From Acidobacteriota bacterium (lineage in GTDB: Bacteria; Acidobacteriota; UBA6911; RPQK01; JAJDTT01): 64,000 nucleotides of DNA. A program made the translations under genes and the position numbers. Below the pieces are notes generated by a model. The model was not told the origin of the DNA. It searched no databases and saw only the letters and a list, made by a program, of their open reading frames with translations. The stretch lies in assembly GCA_965116695.1 (NCBI GenBank), contig OZ220706.1, forward strand, positions 4,547,661 through 4,611,660, written 5' to 3'. This document shows, one piece after another, positions 19,107-29,433 of this stretch (position 1 is its first letter; the number at the start of each line of letters is the position of its first letter).

Positions 19107-22100
19107 GTGCGAAATTCCAGCTTGGTTGTCCTGCTCCTGATCAGCGTCTTCTGGACGCCTGAATCGGCCGTATCCCAGAGTCAGGTCGCGGTTTTGGAGG
19201 GGACTGTCCGGGAGCTCGACGGCGCACCTCTGGCGGGGGTCGAGATCCAGGCCCGGCGGACGGAAACCAACGAACTGTATGTCCGCGAGACCGACACCTC
19301 CGGCGTCTACGGCTGGGACGGCCTGCCGGTGGGAATCTACGAGGTCCTGGCCTCCAGGAACCGCTTCGATTCCCAGAGCCGACAGCCGGTCCGGCTCCAG
19401 GTCGGACAGCGGGTTCGCCTCGACTTTCGCCTCCGCCGCACCTCCCCGGGGGAGTCGTCCAAGATATCGGAGGACCTCTCCCAACTCACCGTCGAGCGGG
19501 ACGACGTGGGACAGCTCATAGATCGCAAGCAACTGCGCAACATGCCCTCCAAGGAACGCAACTTCCGGGATCTGGTCTCGCTGGCTCCGGGGGCAGTCTC
19601 CCAGGGGACGCGTCGCATTCAGGTCCTGGGGATGAGCTGGCGGGACAACCTGACCTATTTCGACGGGACCCTGATCACCGGTGGTAACGGATCCAGCAGC
19701 CTGACTCCCTCGTCGGAAGCGATCCGGGAATTCGACGTCAAGACCGGCCTCTATTCGGCGCAGTACGGCATTCGCTCCGGCGGGCAGGTGTTGCTGGTGA
19801 CCCGGCACGGCGGAAACCGCTTCCGTGGCGGCCTCTTCTGGTTTCACCGCAACGACAATCTGGATGCGAGAAACTACTTCGAGCAGCGGAAGGCGGAATT
19901 CAAGCGGAACCAGATGGGGGGCACTCTGGGAGGTCCCCTGATCCTGCCCGGTCTGAACCGGGACCGGGACCGCGCCTGGTTCTTTCTCTCCTATTTGCAC
20001 TACACCATCCGGGAGACCCTTCCCTTGACGGCCGTGGTGCCCACGCCGGAAGAGCGTGAAGGGAGGTTCTCCGGCTCCATTCTGGATCCGTTGAACGGGA
20101 AACCGTTCCCCGGGAATCGGATACCGGCCCATCGAATCGACCCGGTGGCCCGCCAACTGCTCAGTTTCTATCCCCTTCCCAACACGGTGGGCCCGCTCAA
20201 CTTCACGAGTCCCGATTCCAGGCGGCCGCACGACAATCGCCAACTCATCGCCCGCGTCGACCTGCGGACTTCCGCGTCCAGCAGTTGGGCATTCCGTTTC
20301 TCCGGTGATCGGCGGCCCTACTTCCGGGCCGGTGTTTTCAGCGTGTTCTCAACCCGGATGCCCCTCAAGACCTACAGCCAAGCCATCACCAACACCCGGA
20401 GGCTCTCCGCAGGTTCGGTCAACTATTTCGGCCTGCACTGGTACCGGCGACCCTACACGGCCGCGGTGGCCCGGCCCAAGACCGACGCCGTGCGGCGGTT
20501 GGGAATCCCTCAACTGCTGGAGACGGAGATCGACCGCGACGGCATTCCCCTGGTGTCGATCCAGGGATATACGGGCTTCGGGGACCTCCAGAGGATCGGA
20601 CCCGTCCACATCGGCAACTGGCAGGTGAAGGACGATCTGACGCTTCAGCGCGGACACCACTCGATCCAGATGGGCGTGGAGTTCCGCCAGAATTACAACT
20701 TCTTCGGGCTGCAGGGACGGTCCCAAATCGATTTCTACGATCGCTACACCGGAAACGGGTTTGCCGACTTCCTGTTGGGTTACCCTTCCAGGACCCTGCT
20801 GGGAGGCGAGGAACGCCGGGGCAGCTATCATCAGAACAGCATCTACAGCTACCTCCAGGACCGCTGGCGCATCACGCCCGATCTCTCACTGACCCTGGGC
20901 CTCCGGCACGAGTGGAGATACCCGTGGCGGGACAAGCGGGGTTTCATGGGCAACTTCGACCCCGTCTCAGGGGAACTCATCCCTCCTCTGCTGGACCTGG
21001 AGCTGGCGCCGTGGGAGACGGGCCGTTTCCGCCCCAATTATCCCCTGGTCGAATGGCGGCCCTGGGAGGGCCTGCTTCCCCGGCTGGCAATGGCTCTCCG
21101 GCTGGGAGGGTCCTCGGTGCTCCATCTGGGCCTCGGGCTCTATTCCAATGAGACCGATCTCTCGATGATTCAGGGAATGGGGAAGAACCCCCGGCCCGGA
21201 TCCCGGCTTCTGATCTTCAACGGCCCGCTGGAGAGTCCCGGGTTGTCCCTCTCCAATCCCTTTCCCGCCGCGTTGGCCAGCTCAGCCGTTCCCCTTCTGA
21301 CGGGGCACGAGACACCCACGGCGTTGACCCGGACCCGCACCTGGGGATTGTCGCTGCAACACCGATGGACCCCCGAGCTGATACTGGACGTGGGCTACCA
21401 GAACTCGCGAACCGGCGGACGGTTGGAAACGGTCTCCTTCAACGACGCGGCGCCCGGCAGCGGTGACCGGCAGACCCGGCGCCCCTTTCCCGAACTGCAA
21501 ACGGTCCTGTTCACGGGAGCCTTCGCCGACGCCTGGTATCACAGCTCCTTTCTCCAGTTGGAAAAGAGGCCGGGTCCCGACGGGCTCAGATTGCAGGGGG
21601 CATTTTCCTGGTCGAGCCTGATGGACACGGGGGGAGGAGACCAGGGGAACCAGAGCAACCTCCTGCTGCGGTCCATCAACCTGTCGCCGGAACTGAATCG
21701 AGGGGTGGCGAACTCCCAGATCAAGAAGCGTCTCCTCTTGTCCGGCAGCTACGACCTCCCCTTCGGTCCCAGGAGGCAATTCGTGCGGACCGGATGGGCG
21801 GGACGACTCCTGGGCGGCTGGTCGCTCCAGGGCATCTCCACCTTCCAGGACGGACCCTGGTTCACCGTCTATCTGCCCGGCGATCCGCTCGACACCGGGT
21901 CGCAATACTCCCAGTGGCCCGATCGCCTCCGCGAAGCCAATCTGCCATCGTTGCAGAGGCACCCCCAGCGCTGGTTCGACACCTCCGCCTTCGTCCGGCC
22001 GAAAGGGTTTCGCTACGGAAACGGGGGGCGCAACACCATCGAAGGTCCCGGGGTCATCAACTTGGACGTCTCCCTCCGGCGCGTCCTCCAGGTTCGGGAC

Positions 22101-22268
22101 GAGGAGACTCTCGAGGTGAGGCTGGAGGCGTTCAACGCTCTCAACCGGGCCAACTTCAACCCCCGGTCCCGGGACGGAATCACCCAGTTCGGAACCCCCG
22201 AATTCGGAGTCGTCGGCCGCGCCCTCGCCGGCCGTCAACTCCAGTTGGCGCTCAAGTATTCCTTTTAG
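19107..22268 (+). CDS. TonB-dependent receptor with N-terminal carboxypeptidase-regulatory-like domain
   Basis: Signal peptide. Carboxypeptidase-regulatory-like segment (GTVRELDGAPLAGVEIQARR...). Plug region NMPSKERNFRDLVSLAPG. Long beta-barrel ending ...LALKYSF with a terminal aromatic residue. The start is approximate (GTG/TTG near 19107-19118). Confidence 0.8.
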   Translation: MRNSSLVVLLLISVFWTPESAVSQSQVAVLEGTVRELDGAPLAGVEIQARRTETNELYVRETDTSGVYGWDGLPVGIYEVLASRNRFDSQSRQPVRLQVGQRVRLDFRLRRTSPGESSKISEDLSQLTVERDDVGQLIDRKQLRNMPSKERNFRDLVSLAPGAVSQGTRRIQVLGMSWRDNLTYFDGTLITGGNGSSSLTPSSEAIREFDVKTGLYSAQYGIRSGGQVLLVTRHGGNRFRGGLFWFHRNDNLDARNYFEQRKAEFKRNQMGGTLGGPLILPGLNRDRDRAWFFLSYLHYTIRETLPLTAVVPTPEEREGRFSGSILDPLNGKPFPGNRIPAHRIDPVARQLLSFYPLPNTVGPLNFTSPDSRRPHDNRQLIARVDLRTSASSSWAFRFSGDRRPYFRAGVFSVFSTRMPLKTYSQAITNTRRLSAGSVNYFGLHWYRRPYTAAVARPKTDAVRRLGIPQLLETEIDRDGIPLVSIQGYTGFGDLQRIGPVHIGNWQVKDDLTLQRGHHSIQMGVEFRQNYNFFGLQGRSQIDFYDRYTGNGFADFLLGYPSRTLLGGEERRGSYHQNSIYSYLQDRWRITPDLSLTLGLRHEWRYPWRDKRGFMGNFDPVSGELIPPLLDLELAPWETGRFRPNYPLVEWRPWEGLLPRLAMALRLGGSSVLHLGLGLYSNETDLSMIQGMGKNPRPGSRLLIFNGPLESPGLSLSNPFPAALASSAVPLLTGHETPTALTRTRTWGLSLQHRWTPELILDVGYQNSRTGGRLETVSFNDAAPGSGDRQTRRPFPELQTVLFTGAFADAWYHSSFLQLEKRPGPDGLRLQGAFSWSSLMDTGGGDQGNQSNLLLRSINLSPELNRGVANSQIKKRLLLSGSYDLPFGPRRQFVRTGWAGRLLGGWSLQGISTFQDGPWFTVYLPGDPLDTGSQYSQWPDRLREANLPSLQRHPQRWFDTSAFVRPKGFRYGNGGRNTIEGPGVINLDVSLRRVLQVRDEETLEVRLEAFNALNRANFNPRSRDGITQFGTPEFGVVGRALAGRQLQLALKYSF

Positions 22269-22382
22269 TTCCTTACGCTCAAAATCTTGTGCAATTGGGC
22301 GAAGAATTTTTGTACCTTGTGGGCGCCCGGACAGAGCGTGATCAGGCGTCCGTTGATGACGTTTTGATTACCCCCCGGCGCA

Positions 22383-22404
22383 GGGCAACCACAAGGGTTG
22401 CCCC
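22383..22404. repeat. REP-like hairpin GGGCAACC-ACAA-GGGTTGCCCC
   Basis: Inverted repeat with an ACAA loop immediately downstream of the TonB receptor. Related copies occur at 38967..38989 and 58916..58960. Confidence 0.6.
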
Positions 22405-22425
22405 TACAGTCGAAAACAGGGTGCA

Positions 22426-22870
22426 TCATGCCGACGCAGCGGTACTGGTAGGGGTGCCGTTGTGTGTGGGCGCCCTCTTCGGTCCAAACCGAACCAAGAC
22501 GTGGCCAATTGAAGGTCCAAGAGTTGGAATGCCGCCGGCCAAGAAGTCTTGGTTCCGGCTACGCCGGGTTGGGAGGGGGGACTTTCCTGTCCCCCCTTCT
22601 TCGCTCATTCGGTGTAGGGAGCTCGGCGGTTGGTTGCCACGCGACAACCTCTTTGATTGCCTGCGTTTGAGCTTCATCGAACGTGCCTTCTTCTCTGAGA
22701 AAATCATCAAGCCTCGATCCCAAGTGTTTCTCGCTCATTGCGTCGATTCTTTCTGACCCTTGTGCGCCGTGACCAGAACGGCTTTCGGCGAGGCCCATGT
22801 TTTCCTTGGTTTCTCGAAAATCCTGTCCGTCCAGTGCCAACTTGACGCAAAGGGTACCACGAGAATTCAC
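22426..22870 (-). pseudogene. HigA-like (XRE-family) antitoxin remnant, frameshifted
   Basis: Frame A carries MSEKHLGSRLDDFLREEGTFDEAQTQAIKEVVAWQ, an HigA-type N-terminal region. Frame B (22426..22710) carries the HTH-like continuation MKLKRRQSKRLSRGNQPPSSLHRMSEEG. The two pieces sit in different frames and overlap; no toxin partner was found. Confidence 0.4.
22575..22596. repeat. hairpin repeat GGGGGGACTTTCCTGTCCCCCC (copy 1 of 2)
   Basis: Near-perfect inverted repeat GGGGGAC/GTCCCCC. A second copy lies at 44886..44908, directly after the uxaC-like stop. Confidence 0.6.
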
Positions 22871-23064
22871 CCCGCCGGGTGGTCGGCTGAGCTTCCGCTT
22901 TTCGATTGCATGCGCTATGCTCGCCGTTCGCTTGAACTGCCCCCTTTGGAGTCGTTTTCGAGGATCTTTCGATCGACTCCGGAAGCACCACCAATAGCTG
23001 GGATTTCAGGGGTATCCAGGCGCTGCGATCCAACTGCCTCGGCTGCTTCGGAGACCAGCGAAAC

Positions 23065-23484
23065 GTGGCCGTCTTACAGATCAACAGGCACCCTTCGAAC
23101 CGTGAGCTCCGCCAGTTCGCTGCCATCGGATTGCCCATCTTCTGCGCCATCCTGGGGGCCTGGAGGGTCTACGGTTCCGGCGAATGGACTCTGGCCGGAA
23201 TCCTCTTTTCGTTGGGTGTTTTGGGAGCCGTCGTGGGATGGCTCCGGCCGGCCTGGGTGCGGCCTGTATACGTGGGCTGGCTCTATGCCGTGTTCCCCAT
23301 CGGTTGGACCATCTCGCACCTGATCCTGGCCGTCATCTACTTCCTCATCCTCACTCCCATCGGACTCGTGGTACGCTGGTTCCGGCCCGACCCGCTGGGG
23401 TTGAACCTGGACCGGAACCGGGACACCTATTGGGTTCGCCATGATCCCGGCCACGATCCGAAGCGTTACTTTCGACAGTTCTGA
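23065..23484 (+). CDS. SxtJ-like small membrane protein (two TM helices)
   Basis: 139 aa with two long hydrophobic helices. Its position directly upstream of a DUF5989 gene matches the conserved SxtJ/DUF5989 pairing. Confidence 0.5.
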   Translation: MAVLQINRHPSNRELRQFAAIGLPIFCAILGAWRVYGSGEWTLAGILFSLGVLGAVVGWLRPAWVRPVYVGWLYAVFPIGWTISHLILAVIYFLILTPIGLVVRWFRPDPLGLNLDRNRDTYWVRHDPGHDPKRYFRQF

Positions 23485-23506
23485 CGGAGGTTCCGGAAGC
23501 GATCCC

Positions 23507-23713
23507 ATGACCGACGAAGGCTCGTCTGAGGTTTCGCGATTCCGCCAGGACGCCGAGCGGCCCCGGACCGGAATCGTCCGGGAATTCTGGGACTTCCTGC
23601 GCCACAACAAGAAGTGGTGGCTGACCCCCATCATCGTCGTGCTCTTGCTGTTGGGGATTCTGATCGTGCTGTCGGGATCGGCGGCGGCGCCATTCATCTA
23701 CACTCTTTTCTAA
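23507..23713 (+). CDS. DUF5989 family small membrane protein
   Basis: REFWDFLRHNKKWWLTPIIVVLLLLGILIVLSGSAAAPFIYTLF matches the DUF5989 signature (KKWWL...APFIYTLF). Start taken at the internal ATG (MTDEGS). Confidence 0.75.
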   Translation: MTDEGSSEVSRFRQDAERPRTGIVREFWDFLRHNKKWWLTPIIVVLLLLGILIVLSGSAAAPFIYTLF

Positions 23714-23725
23714 CGGGGCCGAGAC

Positions 23726-24769
23726 ATGAACAACTATCCGAAGCTTCACAACGCCGGCTGGCCGGGAGTCGTGGGGAAGGGACCCGACGCCGAGGAGCCC
23801 TTCATCGCTCTGGACACCATGCTGGATTGGACGGCCGCGGCCGAGGTGGGCGGCGTCCGGTTCGACGGGGTGGACCTCTTCCTGAGCGCTCCCCACGTGG
23901 ACATCGACTCCACCGACGACGACCTGAAGCGATTGGCCGAGAAGGTCCAGGCGCTGGGTCTGGTCATCGGCAGCGTGGTGGCTCCCGTGTGGCCTCCCAC
24001 CGGCGGCGGATCGGCCATGGGAGACGAGGCCGAACGGGGGCGGTTCCTGAGCATGGTCGAGAAGGCCTGCGCCATTGCCCGGCGGCTCCGGGAATTGGAA
24101 GTGCGTCCCTACGGCGTGGTCCGCATCGATTCCTCGGTGGACCCCGGGACCTGGGCGGCCGACCCGGAGGCAAACACCAGGCGCATCGCCGACACCTTTC
24201 GGGAAGCGTGCGCCCGGGCCGGGGACCAGGGCGAGCTCCTGGCGGCCGAGGGAGAGGTCTGCTGGGGCGGCATGCACAGTTGGAAGGAGATGCTGAAGCT
24301 CCTGGAACTGGTGGACCGGCCGGAGATCCTGGGCTTCCAGGCGGACATGGCTCACACGTTGCTCTATCTGCTGGGCGTCAACGCGGCGAGCGACGCGATC
24401 CTGCCGGCGGACTTCGACTGGGACGACCAGGAGACTTTCGAGCAGGCCTACCGGACGCTGACCGACAGCCTCCGGCCCTGGACCATCGATTTCCACGTGG
24501 CCCAGAACGACGCCACGGTCAAGGGATCCGGGTCCCACGACAAGACGGGCCGCCACTGCCTGCCCTCAGATCCCGGCGGGAAGCTGGACATCGTCCGGGC
24601 GGCCGGGCACTGGCTTCGGGACTCCGGGGGTGAAGTCACGCGAACCTGCCGGCACATCTGCTGGGACGGCTGCATGTTCCCCAATTCGGTCATGGCCGAT
24701 CCCGGAACCTGGAATCAGATTCTCTCCAGCATGATCCAGGTTCGCGATGCCCACGGTTGGCAGGAGTGA
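23726..24769 (+). CDS. xylose-isomerase-like TIM-barrel protein (sugar phosphate isomerase/epimerase family)
   Basis: 347 aa with alternating hydrophobic beta/alpha segments and conserved acidic/His metal ligands ([18 protein letters not shown]). Confidence 0.55.
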   Translation: MNNYPKLHNAGWPGVVGKGPDAEEPFIALDTMLDWTAAAEVGGVRFDGVDLFLSAPHVDIDSTDDDLKRLAEKVQALGLVIGSVVAPVWPPTGGGSAMGDEAERGRFLSMVEKACAIARRLRELEVRPYGVVRIDSSVDPGTWAADPEANTRRIADTFREACARAGDQGELLAAEGEVCWGGMHSWKEMLKLLELVDRPEILGFQADMAHTLLYLLGVNAASDAILPADFDWDDQETFEQAYRTLTDSLRPWTIDFHVAQNDATVKGSGSHDKTGRHCLPSDPGGKLDIVRAAGHWLRDSGGEVTRTCRHICWDGCMFPNSVMADPGTWNQILSSMIQVRDAHGWQE

Positions 24770-24787
24770 GCCGGACTCGGGAGTGAA

Positions 24788-25762
24788 ATGGCTCGAGACG
24801 GGTTCCTGCTGCCTTCGGCCGTAGAGGCCATCGGCGAGACGCCCCTGGTCGAGTTGTCGCGGATCGCCCGCGATGTCGATGGCCGGATCCTGGCCAAGCT
24901 GGACCACCTCAATCCGGGTTTTTCCAAGAAGGACCGGATCGCGCGGCAGATCATCGAAGATGCCGAAGCCGGCGGCGAGATCCGCCCGGGTCAGACGGTG
25001 ATCGAGCTCACCAGCGGGAACACGGGGACCGGTCTGGCCATCGTCTGCGGCCTCAAGGGCTATCCCTTCGTGGCGGTCATGTCCAAGGGCAACTCGGGAG
25101 AGCGGGCGCGCATGATGAGGTCGCTGGGAGCCGAAGTCGTCCTGGTGGATCAGTTGCCCGATTCGGTTTCGGGACAGGTGTCGGGTGGAGATCTTGAGCT
25201 TGTGGAGCAGGCCACTCGGGAGCTGGTGCGGGAGCGCCGGGCGTTTCGCGCCGATCAGTTCCTGCACCGGGGCAACTTCCGGGCCCACTACCTGCATACC
25301 GGCCCCGAGTTCCTGCGGCAGTCGGACCATTCGATCCAGGCCTTCTGCGATTTCGTGGGAAGCGGAGGCACTTTTGCCGGTTGTGCGGCGGCGTTCAAGG
25401 AGCACGACCCCGGGATCCGGTGCCATGTGGTGGAGCCGGAAGGGGCTGCGGTCCTGGCCGGGGAGGAGGCCGGCCGTCCCGGACACAGGATCCAGGGAGG
25501 CGGCTACTCCATGGCCGACCTGGCCTGCATCGATCGCGCCCACGTGGACGGTTATCTGCAGGTCGCGGACGACGAGGCGATCCGGATGGCCCGCCGCCTG
25601 GCTCGGGAGGAGGGCATCTTCGCCGGTTTCTCCAGCGGCGCCAATCTGGCCGGCGCACTGCAGCTCCTGGCCGGGCCTTGCGCCGGGAAGACGGTGGCCA
25701 TCATGATCTGTGATTCGGGATTGAAATACCTGAGCACGGATCTTTGGGAAGGTGAGAAATAA
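24788..25762 (+). CDS. PLP-dependent cysteine synthase/CBS-family enzyme
   Basis: PLVEL...LAKLDHLNPGFSKKDRIA carries the PLP-lysine motif S-K-K-DR. TSGNTGTGLA matches the glycine loop of fold-type II PLP enzymes. Confidence 0.8.
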   Translation: MARDGFLLPSAVEAIGETPLVELSRIARDVDGRILAKLDHLNPGFSKKDRIARQIIEDAEAGGEIRPGQTVIELTSGNTGTGLAIVCGLKGYPFVAVMSKGNSGERARMMRSLGAEVVLVDQLPDSVSGQVSGGDLELVEQATRELVRERRAFRADQFLHRGNFRAHYLHTGPEFLRQSDHSIQAFCDFVGSGGTFAGCAAAFKEHDPGIRCHVVEPEGAAVLAGEEAGRPGHRIQGGGYSMADLACIDRAHVDGYLQVADDEAIRMARRLAREEGIFAGFSSGANLAGALQLLAGPCAGKTVAIMICDSGLKYLSTDLWEGEK

Positions 25763-25771
25763 GGAGGGGAG

Positions 25772-26608
25772 ATGAGAACATCCAGGCGCGGACTCTTCAG
25801 GCTCGGTGTGGCGGCGTCAGCGGGGATCTTCGCAGGCCGGACTCAGGTGGCGCACGCGAAGAAGCGGGCGTTGAAGTTGGGCGTGGCCAGCTACTCGCTA
25901 CGGAACATCCCCCGTCCCGGGGCCATCGAAATGGTGCGGGCGCTGGGGACGCCTTACGTCAACATCAAGTCGTTTCACCTTCCGTACGAGACTTCGAAGG
26001 CGGAGCGGGCGCGGGCGCGGGCTCAGTTCGAAAAGTCCGGTCTCCGGATCGTCGGCGGAGGGGTCGTCCCTTTCAAGGAGGACACGGACGACGCGGTAGA
26101 ATTTTTCTTCGAGTACGCCAAACAGTGCGGCATGCCTCTGATGGCGATCGCTCCCACGGCCGAGGTCATGCCGCGGGTGGAGAAATTCGTCAAGCGTTAC
26201 GGCATCGCCGTGGCCATCCACAATCACGGCCCCGAGGACCAGCATTTCCCGGCGCCCTCCGACGGGCTCAAGGTGATCAAGGGAATGGACCCCCGGGTGG
26301 GATTGTGCGTCGACGTGGGCCACACGGCCCGCACCGGCGTCGACGTTGTGGAAGCAGTCCGGGAAGCGGGCGGCCGAATGCTGGACATGCACATGAAGGA
26401 CCTGCGGGATTACACGGACCACAGGAGCCAGTGCGCCATCGGTGAGGGCAGGATGCCGGTGGCCGACATCTTCCGGGAGTTGATCCGAATGGGCTATGCG
26501 GGCCACGTCAACCTGGAATACGAGATCGAACCGGACAACCCCCTTCCGGGCATGAAGCAGTCCTTCGCCTATATGCGGGGGGTCCTGGACGGTCTGGCCG
26601 GGTCCTGA
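25772..26608 (+). CDS. Tat-secreted sugar phosphate isomerase/epimerase (xylose-isomerase-like TIM barrel)
   Basis: Twin-arginine signal (RRGLFRLGVAASAG). AIHNHGPED and HVNLEYEIE match the TIM-barrel metal-binding motifs of this family. Confidence 0.6.
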   Translation: MRTSRRGLFRLGVAASAGIFAGRTQVAHAKKRALKLGVASYSLRNIPRPGAIEMVRALGTPYVNIKSFHLPYETSKAERARARAQFEKSGLRIVGGGVVPFKEDTDDAVEFFFEYAKQCGMPLMAIAPTAEVMPRVEKFVKRYGIAVAIHNHGPEDQHFPAPSDGLKVIKGMDPRVGLCVDVGHTARTGVDVVEAVREAGGRMLDMHMKDLRDYTDHRSQCAIGEGRMPVADIFRELIRMGYAGHVNLEYEIEPDNPLPGMKQSFAYMRGVLDGLAGS

Positions 26609-26635
26609 CGGGCTCTTGAGCCGGATCGGCGAAGT

Positions 26636-27753
26636 TCAGTCGATCCGGGCGAAGATTCCGACGAAGGTGGGTTTCTCGCTGGTGGGTACCGGATCCCCGA
26701 TCCGGGCCAGGCGGCCGTCGGAGCCGATCCGGAAGATGAGGATGGAATCGGCGTCCTGATTCGCCACCAGCAGCAGTCGTCCGCTGGAATTGATGTCGAA
26801 GTTTCGCGGAATCCGGATCAGTCCGCCCGCTTGCTCCCAGCCGATCCGCTCCAGCCGCCCGGAGTCGGAATCCACGCGGAACATGACGATGCTGTTGTGT
26901 CCCCGGTTCGACGCATAGACGAAATCTCCCGACGGGGAAACCAGGATGTGGGCGCCGGTGTTACCGCTCCGGTCGAACCCGGCGGGGAGGGAGTCCACGG
27001 TCTCCCGGCCGGAGAGCCGGCCCGTGGCCGCGTCGTAGCGCCAGGAGTGGACCGTGCTGTTGGTCTCGTTGACGGCGTAGGCGAAGCGGCCGCTGGGATG
27101 AAACGCCATATGCCGGGGACCGGCGCCCTCGTCCGTCGGAGCCACCGCCGGATCGTTCGGTTCCAGCCGGCCCGATTCGGCGTCGAAGCGGAACTGGGCA
27201 ATGAAATCGGAGTTGGTGCAGGGCACGAAATAGTAGTTGCCGCCGGGGTCCGCCTGGACCATGTGGGTCTTTTCCCCTACTTCACGCGTCTTGACGGGAT
27301 TTCCCGCAGCGCCGTCGGGACCCAGGGGCAGGACCGAGACGTAGCCGGCTCCGGGATGATAGTGAACCACCAGGAGCCAGCGCCCCGAGGGATGCACGTG
27401 GAGGTGAGGAGGCGATCCCGGACCGACGGGGGTCCGTGAAATCCGCCGCAGGCCGCGGGCCCCGTCCTCGATGGCCAGAGCGACCACGTGAGGGGGTTCC
27501 AACCGGTCCAGGGCATACAGGAATTTCCCGTTGGGATGCCGCGCCACGTAGGGAAAGCTGCCCGATTCGTCCGTGGGCCGCAGGGACCCGGAGCCCCGCT
27601 TCTCCAGGATGCCCCGATTCAGGTCCAAAGTGTGGATATCGATCCGGCTGCTCCCGCCGGCCACGTAGACGATCGGGTCCGGGTTTCGAGCCATCCCCGC
27701 ATGAGTCAAGGCAAGGACCATGAGGCAGTATCCGAGGTGTTTTTTAACCATCT
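26636..27753 (-). CDS. lactonase, 7-bladed beta-propeller family (6-phosphogluconolactonase-like)
   Basis: Repeating blades with HPSGRF/YV...N motifs (HPNGKFLYAL, HPSGRWLLVV, HPSGRFAYAV, SPSGDFVYAS, NSSGRLLLVAN). Signal peptide at the internal ATG (MVKKHLGYCLMVLAL). The longer ORF upstream is an overlap artifact. Confidence 0.75.
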
Positions 27754-27824
27754 GTGTGCCTGCGGCGGCCCATGATAGCATGCCTTTCCTCGGATCCCGG
27801 GAAGTCAACCAGGGGGGGGTGTCC

Positions 27825-29336
27825 ATGTCCCGACCGATCGATCGTCGCCAGTTCCAGAAACGGTTTTCAGCCGCCTTGGCCACCACCGCGGTCCTGCCGC
27901 TGGGATGCAGCACACAGGGTCCGGCTTCAGAGACTCCCGCTTCGTCCGGAGAGGAAACAGCCGAGGCGGGCGCCGGAATCCTGAGCGTGACCCGCGGAGG
28001 TCCCGTCCTGACGGTGCCGGAGGTCATGCCGGCAGGGGCGCGCTGGCGCTACGGTCTGATACTCCCCTTCCAGGCCGGACCCTCCACCGGGGGCGCCTTC
28101 GTCAACGTGCGAATCCGCAACGGGGTCATGGGCCACAGGATCGGACACGGCGACTACGAGGCGGGAAACGACGTGGTGCTCTTCGATTCCGTCGATGGGA
28201 TTCGTCCCGGCTCGACCCTGAATCTCCACCGCAATCACGACGAGAGGAATCCCCATTCCGATCCACCGGGGCAGACTTCCATCATGGTCAAGTACCCCAT
28301 GCGGGGTGGCTTCGTTCCTCTGGGAGCCAAAACCGCCTCGGGAGCGGATCACCCGGGCGCGGGGACGGGTTTCGGCATCAGCCTAGCGCTGGCGCGGCGC
28401 AAGAAGGGGGCGGACCACCCCGACGGCGCCGGCTTCGGCCTGGAGGAGAACTACCAGTACTTCGAGGTGTTCCAACTGGCCTTCGACGGCGAACGGATGC
28501 GGCAGACCGCCGTGCAGAGGTTCCGGCCGGAATCCATGGTCGAGGGCTGGTCGATCTACAACGGCGGTCTCGCCAATGCCATCCCCTCGGGCGATGATCT
28601 CCTGCTGTGCGTGTCCGCGGCGGCCCGCAAGGGCGGTGCCGGCTACGACCCCCGAGTACCGGGCGGCTCCGGTGTCCTGCGGTGGAGCCGGCAGGGAGGC
28701 CGGTGGCAACCCGAGTCGTTCGTCATGGTGACCGGCGCCGACTCCTCCAGCGAGGCCAGCCTGATCCGGGATCCGGACGGATCGCTCCTCTTCGCGGCCC
28801 GCCCCGGCCCGCAGGACTTCCACTCGATCCGGGTCTGGCGGTCACGGGACGAGGGGCAGACCTGGAAGAAGGTCATCGATGTCCGGGGGGTCATCTCCAT
28901 CGCGCCCATCACCCTGAACAGGGCTGTGGACGGGACTCCGTACATCGCGTCCAACATCTATCTGGTGCCGACCCATCCCATCGACAAGCGCTTCCGGGTT
29001 ATTCGGGACCGCCAGGGCCGCGTGATGGGAGGCGGTTGGACCCGGCAGAAGCTCTACCTCTGGCCGTTGAACCAGGAACGCACCGGGTTGGAGGCGCCCA
29101 TTCCGGCCCGTGACTGCCGGGCCGAGTTCGGGCCGCCGCCGGGGGAATCCATGTGGCGGGTGGACCACCCCTTTGCCGCCAACCTCCGGCTGGCGGACGG
29201 AAATTGGCACAACGTCATGGGCTACCGGATCCATGAGGACGTGGAGGACCACGACGCCGTCCTGCCCCCCGAAACCGGCTCCTACCTGGAAGAGGTCGTC
29301 TCCGCCGGAACTCCGATTCCTGCCTGGAGTTTCTGA
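27825..29336 (+). CDS. BNR/Asp-box repeat glycosyl hydrolase (sialidase-like), Tat signal
   Basis: Twin-arginine N-terminus MSRPIDRRQFQKRFSAALATTAV. Asp-box SRDEGQTW. About 500 aa. Confidence 0.55.
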   Translation: MSRPIDRRQFQKRFSAALATTAVLPLGCSTQGPASETPASSGEETAEAGAGILSVTRGGPVLTVPEVMPAGARWRYGLILPFQAGPSTGGAFVNVRIRNGVMGHRIGHGDYEAGNDVVLFDSVDGIRPGSTLNLHRNHDERNPHSDPPGQTSIMVKYPMRGGFVPLGAKTASGADHPGAGTGFGISLALARRKKGADHPDGAGFGLEENYQYFEVFQLAFDGERMRQTAVQRFRPESMVEGWSIYNGGLANAIPSGDDLLLCVSAAARKGGAGYDPRVPGGSGVLRWSRQGGRWQPESFVMVTGADSSSEASLIRDPDGSLLFAARPGPQDFHSIRVWRSRDEGQTWKKVIDVRGVISIAPITLNRAVDGTPYIASNIYLVPTHPIDKRFRVIRDRQGRVMGGGWTRQKLYLWPLNQERTGLEAPIPARDCRAEFGPPPGESMWRVDHPFAANLRLADGNWHNVMGYRIHEDVEDHDAVLPPETGSYLEEVVSAGTPIPAWSF

Positions 29337-29433
29337 GAAAACCATGGGGGCGCCTTGGGAGTGGGGCCGGAGCGGGGACAGTCTCGTCCCCCGTTTCTTC
29401 TGAACCTTGAGCTCAACCGGAGGGACCGGCCGC

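Noticed and set aside
19074-20243. 389-aa minus-strand ORF inside the TonB receptor gene
   Set aside because: It is antisense to a gene with clear plug and barrel motifs, and its composition is that of a shadow ORF.
22575-22596. GGGACTTTCC core resembling a eukaryotic NF-kB site
   Set aside because: A coincidence in a bacterial genome. It is better explained as the stem-loop of a repeated extragenic palindrome.
23074-23697. 207-aa minus-strand ORF opposite the SxtJ-like and DUF5989 genes
   Set aside because: Shadow ORF. The plus-strand ORFs have clear TM helices and the conserved DUF5989 signature.
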